A stretch of 64,000 nucleotides of DNA from Paramoeba atlantica (Eukaryota; Protista; Discosea). Made by a program: the position numbers and the translations under genes. The stretch spans positions 372,001 through 436,000 of the forward strand of contig CDRNVI010000044.1 of the NCBI GenBank assembly GCA_977017575.1, read 5' to 3'. Positions 54,311 through 64,000 of the stretch are shown piece by piece. Below the pieces are notes generated by a model. It saw nothing but the letters and a program-made list of their open reading frames with translations. It searched no databases and had not been told where the DNA came from. Every line of letters begins with the position of its first letter. The first letter of the stretch is position 1.

Positions 54311-55135
54311 ATGCTTACCGTTTACAATGTTGACGACGGCGCTGATCTGAGGCGTGGTAGGGTCAACTCATTGTTGCTTCCACAAGAAGACTTGATGGAA
54401 CGGTTTGTTTCACTGCTCCACGACAAACCTAAGTCGTGGAGAACTACTAAGAAAGGATGGTTCGGGAAACTTAAAAGCGTATCCGTATGTACCTGGCAAG
54501 GAGCTGCGTGCGATTCTACGCGAACAATTACTGGCCTGACATGGCCTCGTTCAGACGTTTTCTTAAATGGACAATTGTGCTGGCAATATCTTCCAAGGAG
54601 CCTTCTTCGCGTAAACATTGCGCATCATGGGCGACTACAGGGTGACTTAACAGACATACAATACCCTCCCGGATTGTATTCGCTAATTGCCGGGTACAAT
54701 TCCTTTTCGGGTACAATGGATCTAACAAATTTACCTGATCCCCTTATTGAGCTGAAATTGGACAGCAATCTGCTTTCTGGGAACCTTAATCTATCTTCTC
54801 TACCCCCTGTGCTACACGTGCTACTGCTGGACCGAAATCGCTTTTCTGGGACCATAAGCTTAGACAAACTTCCGATGTCATTGTACAGTCTGCAATTAAG
54901 CCATAATTTACTCAAGGGTGTAGCTGAGTTTCAATGTCACATCACGCCAAAGTCTAGACCATTGCACATTGATTTGCGTTTTAACCAATTTACATCGTAC
55001 ACTCCAACGGTAAAACTACCATCCAACCTGAAATATTACCCACAAATGTCCGACAGGAGGCGTACCTACAGCTGCTCTGATAGTTCGTCGTCGTCGGACT
55101 GCACGACAGATTCGTACGCAGACTTCGAAATTTGA
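54311..55135 (+). CDS. Leucine-rich repeat protein with Ser-rich tail
   Basis: DDGADLRRGRV N-motif, WQG..C cap, LRR units GxxDLxxLPxxLxxLxLxxN. Confidence 0.92.
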   Translation: MLTVYNVDDGADLRRGRVNSLLLPQEDLMERFVSLLHDKPKSWRTTKKGWFGKLKSVSVCTWQGAACDSTRTITGLTWPRSDVFLNGQLCWQYLPRSLLRVNIAHHGRLQGDLTDIQYPPGLYSLIAGYNSFSGTMDLTNLPDPLIELKLDSNLLSGNLNLSSLPPVLHVLLLDRNRFSGTISLDKLPMSLYSLQLSHNLLKGVAEFQCHITPKSRPLHIDLRFNQFTSYTPTVKLPSNLKYYPQMSDRRRTYSCSDSSSSSDCTTDSYADFEI

Positions 55136-55992
55136 TGTAGCACGCAGTGTGGCATGCGTATTCATGATAGTTCTTCCTGTAATTACCATCATGTATCTGT
55201 ATGTCGCCCCTGTGGACATTTACACATTTTTTACAAAACCAGATTTCTGCCACTTCAAATTACTGTCCCTCCTGCGCGCTTCCGCTTTCTTTCTCTTCGC
55301 TGTGTCAAGAAAGTCGTCCTTCTTTTTCATACTCAATTTACGATTTAATTTTGCTATTCGTTTCTCATCAAAGTAGCTCATCGATCCTGCCTAAGTAAAG
55401 CCCCATTTTTTCGGCGTAGTAAACACCTTGTCATGCCTGGCACTACGTATACATAGAATTCTCTAACATTTTAAATGTTTTTTTAAATAAATGATTTATT
55501 TACGTTGCAAACGTCCTGAATCACGTAGTCACGTGGTGTGCTTGACAGGAGTGAGGGTGCGGAGTACTACTCCCACCACAGTGGTGGGACCTCAAGATTT
55601 TGAACGTATGGTGCGTCACGATTTTTTTTTAATCAATTTTTTTGCTTTTCAAAATCCAGCGCGGGGAAGTGTAAGAGCATGCCACGGCGATGATTTTCCA
55701 CGGATTATTCCAGGAGGGGTCCAACATTTCAAGTTTTCGAAATCTTTGGGATGACCCAAAAAAAATGTTTTGAACCAAAAGAAAAAGTAGAAAACGGTTT
55801 TCCAAAATTGACTCCTAGAACGTATTTTGGGATTTTGTACAGCAGCAGTGGTGACTTCTAAGTTGAAAACAACCACCGCGCTTAACGAAGCGACTGAAAA
55901 AGAAAATTTGTTAACATTCCATTTTTGTTAGGAAAAATTGCTCAAAAATTGACTACTATATAAATGATCCCCACTCCAACACGTAACATACA

Positions 55993-56177
55993 TAGTATGA
56001 TCTTCTAATCTATGTGATGAATAACTCTACGACTATTGCTTCCAGTGAGCAGAACCTAAATATAATTCCTCTACATGAACAGGACTTTTTGCTTCCTCGC
56101 TGATTTCATCTAATATTTTAAACGCTTTGAATTGTATCAATTGACACAATGATTTTTGACTGGGCAGCGGTTTTGAT
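55993..56177 (+). repeat. Left copy of a ~185-bp direct repeat flanking the Tc1 element
   Basis: TAGTATGATCTTCTAATC..GCAGCGGTTTTGAT aligns throughout with 58574-58757. Confidence 0.85.
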
Positions 56178-56567
56178 ACATACAGGGGGGTGCAGCTAAA
56201 TCGGGGGGGTCTAAAATTCGTAAAACTTGGCCGATTTTGGAAAATATTTATTTAATGGCGCATTCGAGAGCTCTCGCAAATCTCTCTGGTGGAAATAAGG
56301 TCGTTTACCCTAGTTGTTCACATTTCATACACCCCCATTCATGCCATATTGTTACTACAACTTCTACAATCTATTAAGATTAGACGGTCAGCGCCAGTGC
56401 CACCTGAAAGATGACTGTTCCAGAGAAGACCACAAGGAGGTCCCGACCATTCTTTCCCATGCTGAGTGTGTCCGGCATCAGTGAAATTTACTTAATTTGA
56501 TTATAGAAAAAACATTAAATCTTTCGTCAATACAGATCTTACTATCATACAAAAGTAGATACATGTA

Positions 56568-57340
56568 CTATACATGTATATGCCGAAGCGTCTGGCACCT
56601 TATCTTGCATTCGTCAGATTCGAGTATAGAAACGCGGACGTACTCTTTTGAACGAGCCTCTCGTTCCTCAGATGCATTTATAACCCTCCTTTGAATCCGC
56701 AGGCTCTTCTTTAAGCGCTGTATTGCATTTCTCTGTGCCTGCACAGTTTGATTTAGCGAACAAATTGTTTTTTTAAGCGTGACTAGAGGTGTGGTTGAGT
56801 GAAGAGCCTCATTTTCGGAAGGGAGTTCCAACGAATCACCGGTAATCTCAACTGCCCTTCGCTCCATCACCTGTACGTCCGGGGGTTCGTTGCAGTCTCT
56901 GAGTGCGAGACAAACTTCGGAAGACGTCTTTTGAACTTCTCCACTTTGCTGAATCTGTAGTTCTGGGGGTTCTAGGCGGGGGATTCTAAAGTGGATGCTA
57001 AGTGATCTGATATACTCTGAGTGATTTCTAATAGATCTGCTTGAAAAGTGTGGTCCGCTAATCATTACGTTGAATGGTGCTTCAGTTCCGATTTTTGATA
57101 AACAAAGGGGAGAGTCAGATCTTCGAAATCGCAACTTTCCGAACCGATGACTTCACCTACAACGAAAGAGATATCTAAACCACTTTCGTAGTAGGTAGAT
57201 TCGCATTCTTCAGAATCCCCCGAAGTCGAGCAAGAGGAATTATACTCCGTTTCAGAAGCTTCCGAAGGTTCCCAGTCGGTATCCGTTGCGGAAGACACAA
57301 AAAGACTCTCTGCAGAGAGACTTGAGTCGGTTTGTGACAT
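56568..57340 (-). pseudogene. Frameshifted cargo ORF: acidic/Ser-rich N-terminus plus coiled coil
   Basis: ORFs 57065-57340 and 56568-57134 overlap in different frames; LKKTICSLNQTVQAQRNAIQRLKKSL heptads. Confidence 0.4.
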
Positions 57341-57807
57341 TGAAAAATGAGAACAAATCCCTGAAAGTAGACAATTTTCAAATAAAAATTTAAGATAAAA
57401 AATATTCTGGTCAAGTACTGCAAAATGATGAATTCTGACTATTTTTCCGTTGTTATCTTAACGTATCCGAGTAACTACGAAAAAAATTAGCTAAAAAGCT
57501 TCTTCCATGCTCTCAAAACTTTTGTAACATTTTTTCTGAACGGGGTTGTATAAAGGCAATCGGGTCAAAAACGTTAAATGCAAGTTTTTTATGGAAATTC
57601 GACTTCTGGAAAAAAACTAGAAAAACTCACATTAGTACCAGCAATGACCGCCATCCCTTTCTATGACCATACGCATCCGGTTTGGCACACTCCTTATTGT
57701 GCTTTCTGCATAATTAACATCATCAATCAGAAAAGAATACGAAGCTTGAATAGTATCGTGCAAAGCTGCTCGATTTAATAGGTTGATACCGGATTTGTGG
57801 GTATCCA

Positions 57808-58330
57808 TCATGGACCACTTTCAATAGGTGTCATGCTCGGGGATTTCGCGGGACAGTTTAGCATTCTGACCCCGTTCTCAGCAAAAGCTTTGTTGTGAAC
57901 AGTAGCGTTGTCCATCACAACTACAGCAGCACGATGCTGCTTTAGAAAAGAAAGATACCCCCCGCGTCTTGAAGTTGTCCCCTTTGATGTTGCAATCCCC
58001 TTCAAAGATGTGAATAAAGCATCCATACCGGAGGCTAACACTCATCCACACCATAGTACCCTTCCCCCCCACCTACCCAACGATCCATCCCAGGAGAAGA
58101 ATATTTCATTGCGCCACCTTCACGACCAATGAATGTTTGGTTTCCGCGACACCCGCACCGAAAGAGCTTCTCATCGCACCAAATAATGTGTGAAAGTTAT
58201 TCCTCGGTCTAGGTTGCCAGTTCCTTCGCAAAGTTCAAACGTGCTAGTTGACTTTGGCCTGTCCGGGCGGTGAACCAGAGGTCTCCGAAAACTTTCCTCT
58301 GGAAGAATGCGAATGCACTCTTCTTTGAGA
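57808..58330 (-). pseudogene. Decayed Tc1-like DDE transposase
   Basis: IIWCDEKLF (first D), GGKGTMVW, VMDNATVH (second D), CPAKSPSMTPIES (E); stops and frameshifts. Confidence 0.85.
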
Positions 58331-58573
58331 CACGGACAATAGAAAATTCAAAAACTTAGGACAAAAAACATGAAAATTTATAAAAAACACAATTTTTCCA
58401 AGTTAAAATTCTGTATTTTTTCTATAAAAAAAAATTAGTTCTAAAACAACGGGAAACGACCCAATTTCAACAAGAGGGATTTGCGAGAGCTCTCGAATGT
58501 GCTACTATTTTCCAAAATTGACCAAATTATACGAATTTTATACCCCCCCCCCAGATTTAGGTACACCCCCCTG

Positions 58574-58757
58574 TAGTATGTGATCTTCTAATCTACGTGA
58601 TGAATAACTCGACGACTATTGCTTCCAGTGAGTAGAGCCGAAATGTGCTCTACATGAACACGCCTTTTTGCTTCCTCGCTGATTTAATCAAACCATTTAA
58701 ACGTTTTAAATCGTATCAAATTGCTACAATGATTTTTGACTGGACAGCGGTATTGAT
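58574..58757 (+). repeat. Right copy of the ~185-bp direct repeat
   Basis: Starts at the TA adjoining the Tc1 right end; diverged from the left copy. Confidence 0.85.
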
Positions 58758-59070
58758 TGAGCGATTGACAAATTAGATCTTCCTAAGAGGTCCTTCCGCG
58801 CACACAATTTTCTATGCTATACGTAAACAGTCTTTTCGTATCTTTTTCGCATCTTTTTCGTTTCTTTTCATAAATATCGTTTTCATAACCCATCCAATGC
58901 TGATGCATCGTTGTGATGCATTCTTTCTTCATGATGAATACGATGTACATGTATTTTCATAATCCTGGTACGTTTGTCTTTAGACATGTTGATGTTAAGA
59001 AAACTGACTACCGTGACCACCTCCTAGTGATCTATCATTTTTGATCCAGAAACGTGTGCTCCTTGAATTA

Positions 59071-59260
59071 CCGGACCCCCTAGTAGTAGACCCTCCAGTA
59101 AGAGATTTGGCCCTTTTTAGGGTTGACCCCCGATAACAGAGATTTGACTCGGCAGGCTGGATGGGGGAGGGTGCGGTTGGATGGGTAAGGGTAGCTGGGT
59201 AGGGTGCGGGTGGTTGGGCATGCGGGGTTGGCTTATTGTGGCTTATTTGTGGGGTTGGTC
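59071..59260. mobile_element. Partial inverted copy of the 15826-16145 MITE family
   Basis: CAGTAAGAGATTTGGCC and ATAACAGAGATTTGACTC repeats match the reverse complement of 16060-16145; TA upstream. Confidence 0.65.
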
Positions 59261-59268
59261 AAAAAATA

Positions 59269-59611
59269 CTGTACCCCCCTATTTATCTGTCACTACTTTT
59301 CGTGAAAAGGTGACAGATAACTAGGCGGATCAGTGTGACAGATAACTAGGGGGGTGTCTGTCACAAAAAAGGGCAGAGCATGTAATTACAGAAACGGTAC
59401 AAAATAGCACCACGCACGATCATTCGCTTGAAACACAAAAAGAAAAAAATGTAAGTTTCGTTTTAAGATTTTTTTGGAAAACAGTAATTTACCTATTTTT
59501 TAAAAGTGACATAACTAGGGGGGATCGTCGACGAAAAAAAAATCGAAGCGCCAAAAAAGTGACAGATAACTAGTGGGGGTGACATGTGATAGATAACTAG
59601 GGGAGGTACAG
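59269..59611. mobile_element. 343-bp MITE
   Basis: TIR CTGTACC(C/T)CCCCTA..TTATC; TA TSD; repeated GTGACAGATAACTAG subterminal motif. Confidence 0.85.
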
Positions 59612-59752
59612 TATCTCTGAAAAACGTGACCAATTTTAGAAAATAATAGTGTGGGTGATATCGTAGGTCATGAAATGGATTCTTCTGACACATTTATAAG
59701 TCATGGTAAGGAATGTTTGATTGAAAATAGGAATCTTTTTATTCACTTTTTC

Positions 59753-60190
59753 ATGGAAGACACTTGCCTTTTCTGCAAAATAGTGTCGGGGGACATACCA
59801 TGCCGAAAAGTTGCAGAAGATGAGGAAACAATAGCCTTTTTAGACATTTTTCCACTTTCAAGGGGCCACACGCTCGTTATTCCGAAAGCTCATTATGCTA
59901 AACTTCATGAATTACCGGAGGCGACAATGACATCTTTAGGAAGGATGGTCCTTCGCGTGGCAACAGCACTTGGAGTGTGTGACTACAACATCCTACAAAA
60001 TAATGGGACCAAAGCACATCAAATTATACCTCACGTACATTTTCACATAATTCCTCAGTGCGATGATTCTAAAGAGAGTGGATTTGGTGGTGCACTCGCG
60101 CAATTATGGAAACCTGTGGCTCAAACCGACGAGGAGCTAGTAGAAGTAGCTTCCGAATTGTCAAAAAAGGTGGAAAAACTTACTGTATAA
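59753..60190 (+). CDS. HIT family nucleotide hydrolase (HINT-like)
   Basis: CLFCKIV, AFLDIFPLSRGHTLVIPK, HVHFHII triad; likely start MEDTC. Confidence 0.95.
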   Translation: MEDTCLFCKIVSGDIPCRKVAEDEETIAFLDIFPLSRGHTLVIPKAHYAKLHELPEATMTSLGRMVLRVATALGVCDYNILQNNGTKAHQIIPHVHFHIIPQCDDSKESGFGGALAQLWKPVAQTDEELVEVASELSKKVEKLTV

Positions 60191-60494
60191 GATACTTTTT
60201 GTTTTAGCAATTTTTGATTTTAGTCGTCCTAAAAAAAGAGACGTAGTGGCGTTCTCACACTGATACGAGTCCCGGGACTATATTCAACAAATTTATAAAA
60301 GTACAAGATATTCATAAGCATTTGTATTTCTAGAAATGCTTCTCTTTGTTCTAGGAAAAACTTCTCCGTAAAAGAGATCTTCTTTTTTCAAGAGTGTTAC
60401 ACAACAATCTGAAAAAAAAAAGCAATTACCAAATTAGTTGTTCTGATTCCTGAGCACCTATTCTTCTAGTCATTACCTATTTTTCTGTCCTACA

Positions 60495-62324
60495 ATGAGC
60501 TCAACAGAAGTTGATATTAAACCTGCCCACCCTATTAACGTACAATGGGCGCACTTGACCTATGGCATCACACCTAGATCGCTCTGGAGTGGTCTTCGTC
60601 AAAGCCACACCCCGAGCACCCGATACCTCCTCCACGACGTCAGCGGTGTAGCCCACGGTGGTCGACTCCTTGCCATCATGGGCCCCTCAGGCTCAGGAAA
60701 AACAACACTCCTCAACGCACTCTTGAGGCGATTATTACAAGACCGCACACACCACTTACAAGGCCACGTCACACTGAATCATCTCCCCTATGACCCGGTC
60801 CAACACCGAGGTCTTATCTCCTGTGTCTCCCAGGAGGATATAGTGTTTGAACTTGACACCCCGCGGGAGGCACTTTATTTCAACGCCCGTGTGAAGACAC
60901 AGATGGGTCACAACGCAGCGAATCAGTTAGTGAACAGCACGCTGTCCAGCATGGGAATCTCACACTGTGCGGACACAGTCATTGGAACCCCCGGACTCGT
61001 GCGTGGGATCTCAGGTGGGGAGCGGAAGCGCACGAATATCGGATCCGAGTTAGTGACGGGGCCTCGAGTTTTACTGTTGGATGAGCCCACCACGGGGCTG
61101 GACAGTGTCACAGCGCTACGGATTCTTCACCGACTTCGTGATTTGGCCCACCGTGATGGGCGTACGATTATTTGTACCATACACCAACCTTCTTCTGAGA
61201 TTTTTGAAGTGTTGGATGATCTGATGCTGCTGGCGAATGGGAAAGTGATCTATCATGGAATTGCATCGGAAGCACAAGTTCATTTCGCGAGTCTCGGGTG
61301 GGAGCTTCCTCAAAGGCACAATCCAGCGGATTTTTATATGAAACTGCTTCACCAATCGAAAGATGGGATTGAGAAAATGAGTCGTACATGGCAAACAGAA
61401 AACAAGATCGAACATCAAGTTGTGACGAAAGATACCTCTCCAGAGGACGTGTCACACTACGTTGACTCACTTGGAGGTTCTCTCTGGACACAGGCCTACA
61501 TGTTAATGCGTCGTTCCTTTCGCAATATGGTGCGCTCTCCGGTTGCCTTCTATGCTCGTATGGGTCAGACCTTGTTTTTCATTCTCCTCATGGGTCTTCT
61601 CTATCTAAATATGGATAACAGCCAGGCCGGTGTGCAGGACCGATGGGGGTTTCTGTTTCTTGTCGTGATAAATCAAGTTATGTCCTCAATTATGAACGGA
61701 GTTATTGTGTTTGCATCTGAGCGTGTGATTTTTCTTCGAGAGCAGGCGAACTCGGCGTATAGTCCAGTGCTCTATGCCGTGGCACGACCGCTAGCGGAAC
61801 TTCCTTTACAAATTTTCTTCCCCGCTTTGTTTTCCTGTACGTTATATTGGATGAGTGGCCTTCGGCGTGATCTTAACGCTTTTCTGATTTTTGTCGGAAC
61901 ATCGATTTTGGCTTCTAACACAGCGCAGAGCTTTGGTATTTTTGTGGCGGCATGTATACCCGACTTACCTACGGCAATGGCATTGGTACCACTCACTATT
62001 CTACCTTTTATGCTCGCGAGCGGCTTCTTAGCTAACTCTGATAGACTGGATCCAGGATTTTTGTGGTTAAATGCAATCTCATTTATTCGCTACACCTTTA
62101 TCATACTTATGAAAAACGAGTTTATCCCATCACTGAAGTTTGAATGTCCCCCATCGCCGGAGCCCTGTTTGTTTCGTGATGGTGCCGATGTCATTCGATA
62201 TTTTGGATTCGACGAGTATCCGATCTGGCAAGAGGCCCTCATACTGCTGGGTATGATGATTGCGCTGCGGGCCGCTACCGCTGTTGCGCTCACTGTCTAC
62301 GCACGGAAGAAAAGAGGAGTGTAA
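60495..62324 (+). CDS. ABCG (White-type) half transporter
   Basis: GPSGSGKTT, ISGGERKR, LLLDEPTTGLD, TIHQPS, then C-terminal ABC2 membrane domain. Confidence 0.97.
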   Translation: MSSTEVDIKPAHPINVQWAHLTYGITPRSLWSGLRQSHTPSTRYLLHDVSGVAHGGRLLAIMGPSGSGKTTLLNALLRRLLQDRTHHLQGHVTLNHLPYDPVQHRGLISCVSQEDIVFELDTPREALYFNARVKTQMGHNAANQLVNSTLSSMGISHCADTVIGTPGLVRGISGGERKRTNIGSELVTGPRVLLLDEPTTGLDSVTALRILHRLRDLAHRDGRTIICTIHQPSSEIFEVLDDLMLLANGKVIYHGIASEAQVHFASLGWELPQRHNPADFYMKLLHQSKDGIEKMSRTWQTENKIEHQVVTKDTSPEDVSHYVDSLGGSLWTQAYMLMRRSFRNMVRSPVAFYARMGQTLFFILLMGLLYLNMDNSQAGVQDRWGFLFLVVINQVMSSIMNGVIVFASERVIFLREQANSAYSPVLYAVARPLAELPLQIFFPALFSCTLYWMSGLRRDLNAFLIFVGTSILASNTAQSFGIFVAACIPDLPTAMALVPLTILPFMLASGFLANSDRLDPGFLWLNAISFIRYTFIILMKNEFIPSLKFECPPSPEPCLFRDGADVIRYFGFDEYPIWQEALILLGMMIALRAATAVALTVYARKKRGV

Positions 62325-62876
62325 AAACGTTAACGAAAAATATAATCTCACTTTTTCATAATGACTGAGATCTCCGAAATTTTCTTAGAATATTTGAGAG
62401 GTTAGACTTCAACTGGGAGACCGCAAATAGAATTCTCTTCCAGTATACGGTGGGGACATGATGCTGGATTGCATGAATTTTTTTTGTAGTTGGCTTGTCG
62501 GAAGTGTCAATGTAGTGTATAGTCTCGTCGTATTGCTGCGTGATAAAAGAATTCGGTTGTTTATTGAATGTTTGCGTTTCTACAGTTTTTTTACGATTAG
62601 ATTTTATCGATACGATTAGATTTTATGCGATCCTCCGTGGTGCCGTAGTGTGCAAGTAATGTGCCGTATTGTGCATTTGTATATAATGAATTCGTTTTGT
62701 TATGTAAATAAAACTCCACTAGTACAGTAGCAGAGCTTTCTTCTCTAATTTCGTTTATCTCTTATGCGAAAGTATTGTTTTTCCAAAGAAATGAGAAACC
62801 CTCTGAGAGAGAAAGAGGAAATGTTCATTCTACGTATCATTTTCTTAGATCCCCTTTACTTTTATCCGACTTAAAA

Positions 62877-63515
62877 ATGGATGAAGTCTCGCGTGTGTTT
62901 CGTGTATACGTGAACACGTGCGAAATGCTCACCGACCGCGGATACTTCCTTCCAGAGGAGAAACGTGTCACCTCGATGGAGGAGTTCACCACTAGGTTCT
63001 GTGCGATCAACTCTTCAACGGGGACCACTGTTCCTCAACGCTCCCAGCTCACTTTTTTGTGTGCCAAAACAGCCGACCCTGAGGACATCCTTTTTGCGTG
63101 CTTCGCGGAGGAACGAAAAGTTGGGGCAAATCTGTTAAAAGACATTACTGCTCAAGCAGCGCCTCAAAACGCTCGGGTCATTCTGCTGGTGTATCCGGAC
63201 CAAATGTCCCCGATTGCACGACGCGCAGTGAGCCAAGTTAACAACACCGGCGACCTCCGTATTGAGCCCTTCCAGGAGGACGAACTCATGTTTAACGTCA
63301 CCAAGCACGAACTAGTCCCGACCCACATCCCGTTGTCGGATGTAGAAAAAAAGGATTTGCTGCGGACGTTTCGGCTCCGTGAGACACAGCTGCCGCGGAT
63401 GTCCGCGTTGGATCCCGTCGCACGGCATTTTGGTCTCACTCGAGGTCGGGTGGTGCAAATACGACGGCCCTCGGAGACGGCAGGGGAATACGTCACCTAC
63501 CGATTGGTAGTGTGA
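62877..63515 (+). CDS. RPB5: RNA polymerase common subunit RPB5
   Basis: EMLTDRGY, NVTKHELVPTH, QLPRM..DPVARHFG, I.RPSETAGEYVTYR; likely start MDEVSR. Confidence 0.97.
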   Translation: MDEVSRVFRVYVNTCEMLTDRGYFLPEEKRVTSMEEFTTRFCAINSSTGTTVPQRSQLTFLCAKTADPEDILFACFAEERKVGANLLKDITAQAAPQNARVILLVYPDQMSPIARRAVSQVNNTGDLRIEPFQEDELMFNVTKHELVPTHIPLSDVEKKDLLRTFRLRETQLPRMSALDPVARHFGLTRGRVVQIRRPSETAGEYVTYRLVV

Positions 63516-63753
63516 TAAACACAAAGAGGAGCACGTATGAAAACAATGTTTTTCTTGTTTGTGGGTAAATGTATTCAAAGTAGAGAGTACATTTCTTTGT
63601 ATTTTCCTTTCTATTTGAATGAAGGACAAAAAAAAGTGGACGTATTAAAAAACGTAAGTTTACTGAACTAGCGTTCTGGCTTAAGGAAACGTTTGTTCTT
63701 CACTTTTTATCCTCGCGCATAAAAAGGTCTCCTTTTCTCAACTTCTTTTCTCC

Positions 63754-64000
63754 ATGCGTTTCATATTGTACTTACAACCCGAGGAAGCAGAGGAAATTAC
63801 CTTCCACCTCCAAAAAGCCATACACGCCGCCTCCGACACCTCCCCCCTTCACAACGCCACCGTGGAGTGTCATTTCCCCCAGGACTACATCCACCAATGC
63901 ACCCTGGAGGCCGCCTCTCTCTCCATTTCCGACGAAGATGACATCCTTTTCGTCGACCCCCTCGCCCACCCTCGCTACCTCTCCACCGTAACCTACGCGC
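63754..64000 (+). CDS. Start of a hypothetical protein running off the window
   Basis: ATG at 63754 after a pyrimidine tract; open to the end: MRFILYLQPEEAEEITFHLQ.. Confidence 0.5.
   Translation, partial: MRFILYLQPEEAEEITFHLQKAIHAASDTSPLHNATVECHFPQDYIHQCTLEAASLSISDEDDILFVDPLAHPRYLSTVTYA

Larger units (their letters stand above)
56183..58573 (-). mobile_element. Tc1/mariner element (2,391 bp) with decayed transposase and cargo
   Basis: Diverged ~130-bp TIRs of the local family; TA flanks at 56181-56182 and 58574-58575. Confidence 0.8.

Noticed and set aside
35850-55540. ATCACGTGG-like motif after the stops of NUG1 and the PRMT and at ~55525
   Set aside because: Three occurrences, absent after most genes; not distinguishable from chance without counts.

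Overview
Eukaryotic nuclear DNA, most likely from a kinetoplastid and plausibly a Perkinsela-like (prokinetoplastid) lineage. The taxonomy is inferred, not proven. All recognisable host genes are intronless and on the + strand, consistent with one polycistronic unit, and pyrimidine-rich tracts with AG precede several start codons. They include ubiquitin-L40, p25-alpha/TPPP, Mdm12-like, Nug1/GNL3, an ATOM69-like receptor, STE24, a degenerate (prozyme-like) PRMT, isovaleryl-CoA dehydrogenase, HIT, ABCG, RPB5 and four members of an expanded LRR family. Intergenic DNA, above all an ~18 kb island (5.0-22.9 kb) with no recognisable host gene, is packed with nested class II transposon derivatives. 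These are Tc1/mariner (TA TSD), hAT-like (8-bp TSD), PIF/Harbinger and ISL2-like elements, an unclassified TIR element with a 6-bp TSD, a 922-bp foldback, and a 2,774-bp TSD-less insert carrying an (AAAG)n tract and a 96-bp higher-order repeat. The strongest unexplained signal is a recurring GC-rich island in which the + strand flips from C/A-rich to G/T-rich, mostly inside coding sequence. No CRISPR array, rRNA, intact tRNA or intact transposase was found.
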